Assembly (NCBI GenBank): GCA_905331295.1
Contig: CAJNYD010000047.1
Location: 62,001 to 126,000, forward strand
Source: Rotaria socialis
Taxonomy: Eukaryota
Reading direction: 5' to 3'
DNA length: 64,000 nt
Part shown: piece after piece, positions 26,448 to 39,732 of the stretch
Position numbering within the stretch: the stretch's first letter is position 1
Layout of the letters: every line of letters starts with the position of its first letter
The notes under the pieces: generated by a model
What the model was told of the DNA's origin: nothing
What the model saw: only the letters and a program-made list of their open reading frames with translations
Databases searched by the model: none
Program-made: the position numbers and the translations under genes

Positions 26448-27760
26448 CGTCTTCGTTACTTGTACTATTTCGGTTAGATTTGTTAACGGGATGAAAAATT
26501 GAAAAGATGACATTCCTCTTCCTATCCCACTCGAAACGAAAAAGAAAAAATATATCAATACTCCTTTTCGTTGTTTTTCTTTCTGCTTACTTTTTGTCTA
26601 GCTAGATTATTTTATCCCTGTTCAAATAATAAATAAGAGAAGAATGATAAAAAAAAGCATGTGCCAACATCCACGTAAAGAATTATTTCTTTGTCGTAGT
26701 GAAATTTCAAAATCGAAGTCATTGATACAGCAGCCAATCTCACTTCCTTTAATCAACTGAAAGGATTGTGGCAACACAAAATTTGCAACGTTGATAGAAG
26801 CTAGTATGTCGTCTCCATCATTTCAGAAACAAATACGCTGAGACGGGGGAAAGCAGATCATGTATATCTTTTAAAAAGAGAGAGAGAGAGAGACTTTTAT
26901 TACATTTATATAAATTATTGCTAATTTTCTTGTACTTGAATTTCAATAGAATTATCGACGAAATACATGAAATAAAATATCCAATAAGAAATAAACATGC
27001 ATAATTTGTTGATCTGATACATTTTGATACTTCCAGCAAAAGTAGTAAATAGGTTGTGGGCGAGGTCTTTTTATTTTAAGTACTCATTCTATAGAAACAC
27101 ATACATTTAGTCATTGATCTATATCGAGGCGGGATCATAAAAAGAGATGAACATTGAATTTATAAGAAATATTAATTTTATATTATTGTCATTCGTCCAC
27201 TAAGAACTATGTTTTCAATGTAAGCAAAAAGAACGACTTAACAATGAATGCAACAAAATATAATAACTGCTTATACTACGCTTTGATGTTTGATTGTATT
27301 TAAGTTTTGTTTACTTTGGATACATCTACAATCATGAAATGAGTTTTCGTCTTTTTACCAGGGCATATATCAAATATGAATTTCTAATTATCGTCGAATG
27401 ATCGTTTCGAATAAAACCTATAATAATATCCACGATTATATAATCTATTTTCATTTACAAAGAAAACGAAAGTCATATACACAAATGACTTCATCAGAAG
27501 AGCCAGCAAGAGAAATGTATCCCCGTGTATTTTACAATCGATCCTTTTCTTTTCTCATCTCAACCTGAACATGCTAATGACGACAATTATTCTTGTCGTT
27601 TCAATCTATTCTATAGCATACCATTAGATTGGTCACGGATAAAAATTTACATTATGAACAATACATATTATTGATAGATAGGCAAATCTAATCAATTACT
27701 TTCGAAGCAGCTGAATATAATTACAATATAAATATTCGAATTCAAATATACGAAGCATCT

Positions 27761-28219
27761 ATGAAAAAAGGAATGTTTAATCTTCCGCCACCACCGCAAT
27801 TTATTCTCCCACCTCCACCACTACTTCCATCAGATATATTGGATTTTAAAATGCATCCATTAACTTGTTCTTCTATTCGATCACCACGAAGCCAACATAT
27901 TGATGTTCATATGATCTTTATCAGTTGTTTAACGTTCCTGATTGTTTCAATTCTTCTTACTCTACTATTCATATGGATTCAATCGTGTCACCGAAGAAAA
28001 GCTTTAATGAATAAATTTAATTCGACAACAATGCCTACTACTCAAAAAGAGTCTTCATTCTATAGTAATTGTTCGTATGAAACAATTGATTCTGACAATC
28101 ATCTTGAATCAATCATTACGAAAGACACAATTATTTCAATAAATCGGAATGATATAATGTGTAATCAGTATCATCAAATCTCGTCTCCTTCTTCATATTA
28201 TGAGTTTATATTTTATTAA
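27761..28219 (+). CDS. Small Pro-rich single-pass membrane protein of unknown function
   Basis: 152-aa ORF: poly-Pro N-terminus, TM segment IFISCLTFLIVSILLTLLFIWI, basic stop-transfer RRK, Tyr motifs (SYETI, YYEF) in the tail. AATAAA at 28304. Confidence 0.55.
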   Translation: MKKGMFNLPPPPQFILPPPPLLPSDILDFKMHPLTCSSIRSPRSQHIDVHMIFISCLTFLIVSILLTLLFIWIQSCHRRKALMNKFNSTTMPTTQKESSFYSNCSYETIDSDNHLESIITKDTIISINRNDIMCNQYHQISSPSSYYEFIFY

Positions 28220-28318
28220 TATTCAATTATTTGATGGTAAACTTTAACAGTGACTACTTTTGTCGGTATTTACAAAAGAGAAAAATTCTTTCATGGACGT
28301 TAAAATAAATTGTGCAAA

Positions 28319-31300
28319 TCAAACGTTTTCTTCATCTGATAGAATCGGAGAAACAATAGGTTTTTTCTTTTTTGATCTTTGTTTAGTTTTTTGAACACTA
28401 TCCAAGAGATTATTCATTAATTTTGTAGTTTTTGGTCGTTTTTTTCGTTTCGGTGCATTTCTTTCTGGTATGGGAGTATTGTCATCTTCGGATAGATTTA
28501 AATCATTTTCATTTTCGTTTTCTTTTGCTTTTTGAGTTTTTTGTTTAAGTAAATCGAGTGCTGATTTTAACCTAGTGTTCTTCTTAAATTGATGTGAAGT
28601 ACTTTCGAATAGGACTGGTGCAAAAAAACAATCAATACGAGATTGAATCTAAAATTTTAAGTATTCATATAAACATGACGTCATTGACAAAAAAGAAGCG
28701 TACTTCATTTGTATTCATTCGTTTAATTACGGGTAGTATCATATCATCAATTTTTCTTCGATCCCATTTGAGTTTACTTCCTATGAATCTATAATAAATT
28801 GATGATTAATAAGAAGCGTGAAGGTTTTAATTAATTTACTCTCGAATGAGTTCTAATTGTGGCATAGCCCATGTAAACTTTGATTTATCAGGATCGACTT
28901 TCGGAGAAATGTAAGCATCATAAATAGCTTGGTTCGGAAAACCTAAATATAAGTGAACTGTTTTTTCGTTTCGATTAGAAAAAATAAAAATCTGATTTCA
29001 TTCGTTTTTTGACGGTATTTATACTGCAGAAAAGAAATTTTTGTACTACATTGTCTATGGCCCTACTAGGGCTATTTGAGTAAGAAAACCTTATGCTTGT
29101 TTTTCAATTACAAATTCTAACAAGATTTTTACGGAAAATATCAAATATGATGATAGTTTCAATGAAAATTTTACCTTCAAAAAGTGCTAAATTTTTCAAT
29201 CGTTTTAATACTTTCGATTGAGTTTTATAATCAGGCTTTTGCGCTTTTTTCCACCAATGTCTAATAAAATATTAAAACAAATCCGGTAGAGAAAATAAAG
29301 AGTTTTACCGAAATTTTTCTAATCGTTCCATGCAAGTACCATGAAATTCTTGTAGTATTTCTAAAGCTGTCATAATACCAGCATTGGGAATACCGTTCGT
29401 ATAATCCGAACCAACAATCATACCAATGGCAATCATGGATTCTCGATCTAAACCTAAATTATGCAACAGGTGTTAGATTCAAAGTGTTTTTTCTTCCATT
29501 CTTTTATTTAGGAAACGCTAGAAAAAAGTTTTCGTTATAATTATTCGCATGAAATCTCATAGTTCAATGTACCTAATTGATTTGCAATTATGGTTGAATC
29601 GTAATGTTCAACTAATTGCTCTTGACGAAAAAAATGTCGATAAACATGGGATGCACCAAATAACCAAACATCACTATCATCCGTAATAACTCCATCACAT
29701 TGATTTGTTAAATCCAAATAAGCACATTGCGCTTCAGCTTCTGTTGGACTTACAAGATATGGAATACCAAATAAACGAAGAAGATACTAATAGATAAGGC
29801 AAAATCAAACAAATGATAAAATCGTTGTTTCTTTTTTCTTTTTGGCTCACCTGTGTATCTTCATGCATTGTATCTGTTAATGTCATTGTTAAACGTTCAT
29901 TACCACGAGCTGCCGTCAGCTGAACAGCTATATCATTGACTAACTCTGCTTGAAGTTCATCTAATCTTTCCTAAAAATAATCATCGATTGAAACGAAAGG
30001 TTTTTCTCTTCTACACAGTTCCTCTTACAGATTGATATATTGATGGTTGGCTACTGTCAAAGTCGGCTAGTAATGATTGATCTTTGTTATTGTCAATAAA
30101 CATTGTAATATCTTCAATAGCTGTACTATTATTACTACTTTCATTTTCATCGTTATCAAGTTCTATAAATTCAGAAGATTGATTCGTATTTGTTTTGCTA
30201 ATATCGTTGCTTTCATCATCATCACCACCAATAAAATGTGGAAGAATAATGGGTTCAGTAGATTTCGGAATTGTTGGAACATCGATAAAGTCAGAATCTA
30301 AAGGAAAAAACAAAATGGTAAGTTCTTCTATTCAGAAAAATGTTTTATTTAAGTTCACCATCGGAATCTGAAGAAGATTCAATTGTATTCGATAGATCAT
30401 CATTATTATTTTCACTGATTGATCTCTGTTGATCTTCTAATGAGCGCTTAATAGCTATTTCCAATGCGATAGCTTCTTCATCATACTCTCTAATCGAAGA
30501 GTTTTCAACAGTTGGTTCATTTATTGGAGATGTTTTTTTTTCTTTTTCAATCGGTTTGTCTATCGTAACAATTTGTTCTTCTTCCAAAGATGATGATTTA
30601 AAATCATCTTTTTCAATTAAAAAGCCAATGTCAACAGTTGTATTTTGTTGCTGAACGTGCGTAGTAACAGGATCTCGATCCATTAGAGTATTAACACAAA
30701 AATCACTTGTCGACTGACGACTAAATGATGTTGACGATGAAATTCTTGATAGATTTGTTGCTGGTTCACTTTTTTGTGTAGTATCCGGTTTGATGAGAAT
30801 ATATTGTGTACAAGAATCGGATGCTAATTTACCTGCATAAACTTTAGTATTTGATTCTAATGGAATGTCTAGAATCAAAATCATGTTTTATAAGGATGAA
30901 ATAGAAAGCGAGAAAAATTATTTCTACCAAATTTTTGTCGTTTAATAGCTTTATTAAGTTCAACAATCTTTTGACTAACGGTATTTTGTTTAAGTAATTT
31001 TTGTACTTGATAATCAGAAAAATCGTCACTTTTCTAAAGATGAACAATAATAACTCAATCTTTTTCTTTTTTGCGTATGTAAGATTACTAACTTGAGGCA
31101 TATCTTCGATTTGTTTTCGGCCACGTTTAAGACGTTCTTTCAAATTAGTCTATTGAAAAAAGTCAAAATCATATCGTTGAATTATTATTACTCGATGAAT
31201 AGTTTACTAGAATTTCATGTTGCATTTCAACAGGTAAATTACTAAGTGCATCATCGTCCATTTCATTTACCTATAGGATTAACAAAAATTAGAATAATAA

Positions 31301-32541
31301 TAATAAATTAAATACTAACATTAGGTAATAGATAATGATCATTAGCATCGTTATCTGCTTGTGTTTTTGACCATATTGTTCGTTGTCTTTTTACTTTAGT
31401 TACTGGTTGAAGCTCAGTATTTTCTATAATTTCAGCATCATCATCTTCTTCGCCTCTGAAAGAGATAATATTAAAATTAGTTTATTTTTAATATGTTGTG
31501 AAGTATTTACTCATTCTCATCATAGGCCAATTGTTCATATATATCAGTATCTGGCAATTCAAATATATCTTTTTCACGCTCGTCACAAGGTGCTGGTGGT
31601 AATGATTGAACTAAAATGAAAATCAAACAATTAAATATAACAAGAAATGCAAACGCTTTTTTCATTAATATAAGATTTTCGTGTAAAACTGCCATTATAA
31701 TACATCACAAAACGGAGCATTCAGTGACAAATATGAATCAAATGCAGTTATTCTTATTTATGAGTCTAGTTTGCATAACTATAGAAGATGAAAGCCAAGG
31801 GAAAATATGTCAATGATGAATTCAGTACCGGCACTTACACTTTTCGACTTATGGAATGGATCAGGTGAGAAATTATTCAGTAGCTTTTAATTCTTCTACA
31901 ATCTTTCAACTCAAACATGCTCGAGGGCATGCTCATATAAAACATTGAAATAGACATTTTACACGAATTTGCCTGCCTACTCTTGTTTCAAGCTGTTTGA
32001 GAATGTAATATTTCGGTTTTACAAACAAAATATAAATAGTTACTTACTTTCTTCGCCTCTTAGCTGTTGAATAGCTAACATCTTCAAGTAATTTGTTCGT
32101 ATTTTACTGTTTGCTTCTTTGATTTTTATTGCTGCAACTTCTCGTCGTTGCCGTCGTTCAGCCGAAAAAACGAAAAGACACTCGTTTTGAAAACAAATCT
32201 TTAATCTTATTATTCAAACTTACAAGGGTTCGTCGTTTCAATTCTGGTACTCCGCCATCAAATATAAAAATTGGTTTAATTTTAAAATGTAATAATTTGC
32301 AAATACGATGTAATAATAGAATTATATGTGGATTTTGTCGGTCACGCATGCCTTTAGCTGCTTGATGTAGCCAAATACTGATATCTGTTCGAGATAAGAA
32401 TTATACGAATATAGATTAATTTAAGTATATCTTTATTTTTACATTCTTACCAATAGCTAAGACTTTTCCTTCTAAACCTTTATTCATATTAACCGGTCGG
32501 CCGGTTGCTTCAATTAGTTGCCAAAAATTTTGTACTCCCAT
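28319..32541 (-). CDS. ERCC5: XPG/Rad2 structure-specific DNA repair endonuclease, multi-exon
   Basis: [10 protein letters not shown]...[11 protein letters not shown]...[27 protein letters not shown] (N domain), acidic spacer with UBM-like and UIM-like ([16 protein letters not shown]) motifs, I domain [21 protein letters not shown]...[11 protein letters not shown]...GSDYTNG, basic C-terminal tail, stop at 28319-28321. Confidence 0.93.
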
Positions 32542-32811
32542 GCTATTCTATAAAATTAACAAAATCTCTTTTTTGTTTGTCTAAAAAGTATTTTTAATCA
32601 TCATCACCATTATTATTCGACACATTACATTAAAAATAAATATCAAAAATGGACAGTAAAAAGAACACTACAGGAACTACTAATGGTAAACGTATTTATT
32701 TACATGTAGTAGTAAAATGAGGACGATGCTATCTCCGCTGGCAACAGCTCATTGTCGATAGTAAGAATTGAAAAAAGAAATGGAAAGGAGAAGCTTGACA
32801 AAATAAAAAAA

Positions 32812-34475
32812 TTAACTCAAATCGAGCTGAAAAACACAATTGTTTTTTTGTTCATTATTTTCATTTTTACCAATCGAACATAATCGCACACAATCTATTG
32901 TTTGTTTACCAAAATTAAATTCGTTGGTTTCTTCGTGCTGTATCGATGAATATTTTCTTTTACATTTTAGTAATGTTATATGTGCTACAAACTCGTAATA
33001 ATTTCCAGCACAAAAAATACCATGAACAGTTTGTTTTTGTTGTTCTTCCGTTAAACGTTGAACGATTAATGTTCGTAAATTCTCTAATCGTTGATTTTTT
33101 TTACATTTAACATACAAGACTTTATCGTGAAATATATTCACATCATTAAATTCTAGATTAATCGGATCGGGATATGAGCAGTGGTATCGAATTTCATCTT
33201 GAAGAGAATTGAATAGTTTTATACATTGTTCGATTTGTGATGCTGTTTCAATATGTAATGTTAATAGTGTTAAATGAAGATTCGATGTACTCGTATGCGA
33301 GGAGAACATTGATGGATAAGATGAAAGTAAACGCTCTTGATAATTAGAATAATTCGAAATGAAGATAGGATCGGTCATAGGTATCGAAAGAAAATAATTG
33401 GGTTTGTAGGCACCGTCAGTAATTGTCAAGTAACGTGGTGGAGGAATGGTAACATTAGGTTTTTCAATGATATCGTTATCAGGCGTCCTTATAGATATAA
33501 ATGGAAATTATTTTCGATGGAAATATAAAACTAGAAGCCTACCGAGATGAATCAGTGTTTTCCATACTATTTTTATGTCTTTCAATGACATCATAGATTG
33601 TTTGTTTATTTCCAGTAGAACCGAACATTAAATCGGTTCGTGTTTCTTTATCCCAAATGATTTCATTATTATATTTAAAATATTGTATTCGATGTTTCGG
33701 TATAGCAAGTATACTTGAATGTCGATCACTTACAGTTGACAGATCAACTTTAAAGTCAAACTCATCAAATGATTTTTCTTGCATACCAAGAAAACGATCA
33801 ACATATCCAACACGAAAAAGTCGTTTATCGAGAAGATCATCCCATTCAACACGTGCTATAACGTCTTCAGCAGTTTTCATAGAACTACGTTTAAGATGTT
33901 CTGTTTCTTGTTCATTGGTGTAATTGTGTTGTGCAGTTTCTAATGAAATACTTGTTTTACTATTTTTTCGTGAGCGTTGTGTTGAGGATACAGTCGAATT
34001 CGCTTGATTATTATTACTAGCATTTGAATGAACAGTGACTGTTTGAATATTATTTTCATTGAACCACTGAAGAAGACGAGAATAAATTGATAAAATCATT
34101 GGTTTATTAAGTAATGTTTCGCAATAGGACTGAAGAAGTTGTTGAATAACTATGATTTGATCGGGAGCAAGGCGAGGTGCAGTTATTATTATTTCAGGAA
34201 GTTTTGATGGATAATCCTCTATGATCAAAAATAAAACTTTGTTTTTTGTTTTTTCTATGATACTTACTATCCAATTGTAATGTCAATGAAATATCATATT
34301 GATCAAGTCGAATTTTTAAAATATAAGAGAATTGTCCGATCGATGATAAGATACGTATTTTGTCTTTGAAATGATCGCGTAATGAAGTCATTTCTTCGTC
34401 TTGTACATCGCTCATAGATTTTGTTTCATTTGTAGTAGCCATAAGGTCGTCTGTTCGAACTTCAAAAGTATCCAT
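32812..34475 (-). CDS. LENG9: LENG9-like protein: RWD domain + MJ1316 (DUF504) RNA cyclic-end recognition domain + AKAP7-type 2H phosphoesterase
   Basis: Exons ~34475 (or 34442)-34268, 34218-33543, 33487-32812. RWD-like QDEEM.SL...DYPSKLP...LLNKPMILSI; MJ1316 MKTAEDVIARVEWD...GYVDRFLG...IPKHRIQYFKY...WDKETRTD; 2H domain PNYFLSIP with both HLTL and HITL motifs. Confidence 0.8.
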
Positions 34476-34539
34476 TAATTGATAATGAAATGTTTTATTG
34501 TCTTTTTCTGTTAGCCGTCGACAACACTCACTTGACTGT

Positions 34540-34663
34540 GCAAAAAAAGAAAGGTAACTTTATATACATTTATATACCTTCAACATTCTTGAAGTATATT
34601 TACGTATATGCAGGCAGTACAGAAATCTTCCGACCTTTTGCACTTCGTTTGCTTGAAATTGAA
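34540..34663. promoter_or_regulatory. Putative compact bidirectional promoter (LENG9-like / RPL10) and TOP-like non-coding first exon of RPL10
   Basis: Pyrimidine-rich CTTCCGACCTTTTGCACTTCG at 34627 is followed by a GTAATC donor (34664) and a TTTTTGCAG acceptor (35099) just before the RPL10 ATG. On the minus strand a GTGAGT donor at 34531 suggests a 5' UTR exon of the LENG9-like gene. Confidence 0.5.
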
Positions 34664-35116
34664 GTAATCAATTTCTGTGTATATTCATATAAAATAATAT
34701 TGCAATATATTATATTGTTGCTCAATTATGTTGCTTTCATTGGTTAAATGTTTGAAACCAATGAAGTCTTTGTAAATGACTAAAACATGACTCGTGGTTA
34801 ATCTTACTCAATTTTATTTATTTCTGTATTAGAAAGCGTAAAATCTACATGTCAAAATCTGTTAGTAGATTGAGCACCAATAGAAATTCACGTTTGAACC
34901 TCCGTAATGATGAGACTTTTTCTTTGATAAATCTGCTTTAGTGTGCTATAATCTATTATTTCATTATGGTGGTCGAAATACGAATGGAGTCATTTAATCT
35001 TCGCTAGACAATATGAAGTTGCTGCTTGTATTCTATAGTTATTACATTTTTCTTTACAACAATAAATCGATATGAATAACTTATTTTGTTTTTTTGCAGA
35101 TAAATAAAACAATAAA

Positions 35117-35832
35117 ATGGGTCGACGACCTGCACGATGCTATCGGTATTGCAAGAACAAGCCTTACGTATGTTCTATTTTTTTATTTTTAAAACAAAGA
35201 TTCAAGTCATATTCATTACTTTTTTATTTTTATAGCCAAAATCTCGGTTTTGTCGTGGTGTACCCGATCCAAAAATTCGTATCTTTGATTTAGGACGAAA
35301 GAAAGCACGTGTTGATGAATTTCCATTATGTGTTCATCTTGTATCCGATGAATATGAACAGCTTTCAAGTGAAGCACTTGAAGCTGGACGTATCTGTGCT
35401 AACAAATATTTAGTTAAACACTGTGGTAAAGATGCATTTCATATAAGAATGCGGGTTCATCCATTTCATGTTCTTCGAATCAATAAAATGTTATCATGTG
35501 CTGGTGCCGATCGTTTACAAACAGGTATGCGTGGTGCTTTTGGTAAACCATTAGGAACTGTTGCTCGTGTCAATATTGGACAAGTTATCATATCAGTCCG
35601 TGTTAAAGATCAACATAAAGCTCAAACAGTTGAAGCATTACGTCGTGCTAAATTCAAATTTCCAGGTCGACAAAAAATCTTCGTTTCGGATAAATGGGGT
35701 TTCACAAAATTCACCCGTGAAGATTATGATCGCCTATGGCAACAAGGACAATTAGCATATGATGGTGTCAATGTTAAGTATTTGCCTAACCATGGACCAC
35801 TCGATGCTTGGAAAAAACGACAAACCGTTTAA
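35117..35832 (+). CDS. RPL10: 60S ribosomal protein L10 (uL16)
   Basis: [17 protein letters not shown] | [20 protein letters not shown]...[21 protein letters not shown]; intron 35168-35235. Confidence 0.98.
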
Positions 35833-36978
35833 ATTAATTTGTTATGGTTATTTATAAAAATAACGCAATTTTTATGAAATAAGATCAGCATAAAGAATAA
35901 CAAGAATAAAATATAAACCGAATAATTGATGTTATTTTTTAGAAGGCTTCATTTATCTATAATTGGTTGTATTCAATTCATGCTTACGAATTTATTCTAT
36001 ACAGTAAAGATTGTGAGAAGAACATGAGAAAGTTTTCATTGAACTTAAAAATAGTTAGGACACATTTTCTTCTTCATTTGTGAAAAATGTAAATTCGTTT
36101 TTTCAATTGAAATATCGATTCAGGATTTTAGAGACAGGCGAGTTGATTATAAAAATTTATTATGGATCTCTTTCTTGTACACAACAGTATCTTTTTTAAA
36201 TCAATTGGAATAATTGCAAACTAAAACTATTCTTGATGGTACTTTTAACTAATTCATCAGATTGCATCTTTTCAGGGTAAAGATCATTAGAGACTGATAA
36301 TTCATGAATGAAAAATTCATTGTAACATTACTTTAGTCAGCCTAAGAATATAATTAAAATCTTCTAAGAGAATTAATACCTCAAAAGGTAGCAGATATTG
36401 GACTAACGTGGAATAAATTGAAGTTCGCACTAACAAATCTAAAGCACAGACTGTCTTAGCAAGATAGTTGTATTTATAAGATGCATACATTGTCAATGTT
36501 CAACAGTTTCGTGACATATTTCAGTTGAATACTGAGAAGTTTAGAGGAAATCAAAAAAATGAATTACAATGGGACCAACTACGATTTAGGCAAAAAATTC
36601 CTATTTACCATCTTTCAATCATATTTTAATATCATGTTCTGTGTGTTTTGAACGAATCTATCAAGTTTAAAGTCATCTACAGAATGTTCTTTTGATACTT
36701 TTGAATTAATCATATGTTTTTCCGAGACATGAGGACGTTTTTTGCTTAACACTTGTTCAAATCAGTAATCCAAATCAACACACCATGGGAATATGTATTA
36801 AACTTAATAGCATATATCGGTATTAAAATTTTAAATGTAGAAAAATCAATAAAAGACTCATCTTTGATTTTTATTCGAATTCGAGGACAATACCTGATTG
36901 ATACTAATGTGAAAGTTTAGCGTATTCCATTTATTGAGTAGCTCCGAAAATAAGATGCGATTATAAGATTTGTCCGAT

Positions 36979-37519
36979 CCGTAGGCAGCGGAACGATTTC
37001 GATCTAGGGTAGGCTCAACGTTTTGGACAAATCAAGTCTCACCATTGAAAAAAAAATAGAGTTGAAGTCAGACTGAAATCGACTAAAAGCACTTTAAGTG
37101 TCAATTATAAGCACACGATTTTGATCGTCTTTTAATCATTTTTGTTTAGCTCGCATTTCTGCACGGCACAAGTAATGTTATTCGAGTGTCTAAGATTTGA
37201 AAGTAATTTTAAACAGAAGTTACAGAAACAATTCAGCTATCTTAAATTTAGAATTACGAATTGGATGCCAATTTTAATGCCAAAAACGTTCAACTAATAC
37301 TTTATTGCGAACGAGTTATTAGTAGAGAAAATATGAATGATCTTGTAATAATGCGTTATTTGTTAGAAAAGCGCCAAAACGAAACAAGAATAAAACCATT
37401 TTGCATATAAAAACCTATCCAAACATTTATCTGTTCCAACTTCAGTCTATCAAGGTCTACCCACTTTCAGCTTAGGGTAGGCTTCAGCTTCGCTAGCCTA
37501 ACGGCTCCGTCGCCTACGG
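36979..37519. mobile_element. Possible decayed DNA transposon remnant
   Basis: Imperfect terminal inverted match (CCGTAGGCAGCGGAAC vs CCGTAGGCGACGGAGC on the opposite strand) and TAGGGTAGGCT near both ends. No clear TSD. Confidence 0.35.
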
Positions 37520-37849
37520 TACGATCTCATTCAGAGACCTAGTTCGGATAGATGTCAACATCGTCTAGAAACATCCCTAGGCGAACTTTTTTTGACATGC
37601 ACATGAACATCTTGAGCGCAAGTCTTGACAAGCGCTTGAATAAAAGAGTTCGACTAGGGATAATCAATGGTTTGAGCTATATCGTTCATAATTCTTTTAT
37701 TGACGTCCCTTGTTCTTAAAATAGATATTAATTCGCTCATGTGTATTGAAATTTTATTGCACGAAAAAAAAAACATAATATTCAAAGCAATTATTTTTTT
37801 CTTCACATATATGATCAAAATAAAGAAGAACATGCGAAGTCGAATTCAT

Positions 37850-39732
37850 TTACCAAGGTCGACATGACGCATCCTCATCGCGACAATATTGCCAGTATCC
37901 TTCAAATCGACCTGTTGCGGGCTGCATCAATGATGTGTAAACAGTTTCCTGAAACGAGAAATAAATACAGTGATACTCAAAGCAACAATAAGATAAGTGA
38001 CTATACTTTATTAAGCATCGGCCGTGAAGAAAGTACATCAAATAAAGAGTCAAATGCAACTTGATTTTTGCCTTTTGTTTTCATGCATTCAATACATGGT
38101 GTTAAACGATCATCAAAAATCGGTTGTTTTTTCCAATTATCATAGTTAGTTTGTGCTATAAACCATAAATTATCTTTGCCCAATACTTTAATATCATCGG
38201 ATCCAATTCGTGATCGAGTTATAATGGCACCCTATAGTCAAAAAAACCCAGAATACAGTTCTGACATAAAATAAATGTGCTTACTTCCCCAGCTTTTGTT
38301 CCAGCAACAATGTAAAAACATGGAGCTAACAGTGGTTCTTCAGCTAAGTATTTCAGTGTTTGATCATAACTTTCAGATTTTGTGAGCATATCACGAATAG
38401 CAAATGTAATAAATGATTGATTACGATTAATATTATAGATCCATTCAATTAAACCGATATAACCACCTTTAACAACATTACGTTCGTTGATTGAAACACT
38501 AAATACACCTGGTTTAATACCGGTCAATGATCCAATAAAACTAAATCGAATATTAAAATGATTGCAGGAAAGCGTCTAACTAAATCTATCATACCCGAGA
38601 AAAGTCGTGGTTTTGAAAAGAACTTGGCCATTTTGTGTATAATTAATTTGAACCATGAGTGGACGCAGTTTTTCTGTTAATCCCCAAGTATGATTTATCT
38701 TATCCCAACTAAAACATAGATTCATATAATAGTATAGTTCATTTATATCTTAAACAAATAATCTTTCAGAAAAGTGAATATACACAGCAAAGTAGACTTT
38801 TATCCAAGATTTAATCGTTGCTTTCTCTCTTATGAATTCCATTTGACTTTGATGAGAACGACACATATAAACTCGTAAATTGGCGAACTACTTCTGAACA
38901 AAACAAAAGAACGATGTTAATAACGTGCCTTATGAATTTGGTCACTCTCTGATCTGACCATATTCTATCTATTTTAAACTACGCTTAACACATATAGTGA
39001 AATAAAACAATATTTTTTTTTCTCTTTTACCCGAAGGGTCCTCCGAAGTCAAGATTTCGTCCATGAAAGATATTCCCATTTTCATCTTGTCCCACAACAG
39101 ATGTACATAAAGACGAGACTTCATAAAAAATATTGTACAGAACGACTTCACCTAGATAACAAGAGCTAAATATGATAAATTATAAGAAAACATTATATTC
39201 AATTTACCTAATGGCAATCCAGATGCTTGACTAATTCCTTTCATTTCGTCGCCATAGGGTGCTGGTAACGTATCAGCCATTTCTGGCTATTTTAATAGAA
39301 TGATAAAAACAAAAGCGAAATCCTGAGCAAATAGATCATCAGTGAAATCCTACTAGTTTAGTATCAATAAGAGTAATCAAATATTGAAGTTCTGGTGAAA
39401 TTTCCATAAGAAACGTTTTCAAATATGCAAGTAAATCAGTGAGCTGAAACGGTACATAAGAAAATAATCTGAATCCACATTAATCTTACTTCAGTTTTAT
39501 ATCTAGCTGCAACATCTTTCCAACGTTCGATTGGTGGTGCATCTAAGTTGATAACGTAGGTTGGTAAAATTCGATCAGGCGTTGGTGGATATTGGCCAGA
39601 TAAGCATTCTTTTCCAATCTTAGTTAAAAGAAATGGTAAAAAAGCAATGATAATCATTAATTAAATTGTACATACGATTCCTTGAATCAAACAGATAAAG
39701 AATAAAACCGAGCCTGCGTGATACACTTTCAT
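37850..39732 (-). CDS. ASAH1: Acid ceramidase (Ntn hydrolase, ASAH1/NAAA family), multi-exon
   Basis: Signal peptide [56 protein letters not shown] (catalytic Cys), [45 protein letters not shown]-terminal CRPW. Confidence 0.92.

Noticed and set aside
34900..34972. Possible C/D snoRNA in the RPL10 5' intron (ATGATGA with a terminal stem)
   Set aside because: No CTGA box D at the 3' end and no recognisable rRNA guide. An Infernal/snoScan search would be needed.
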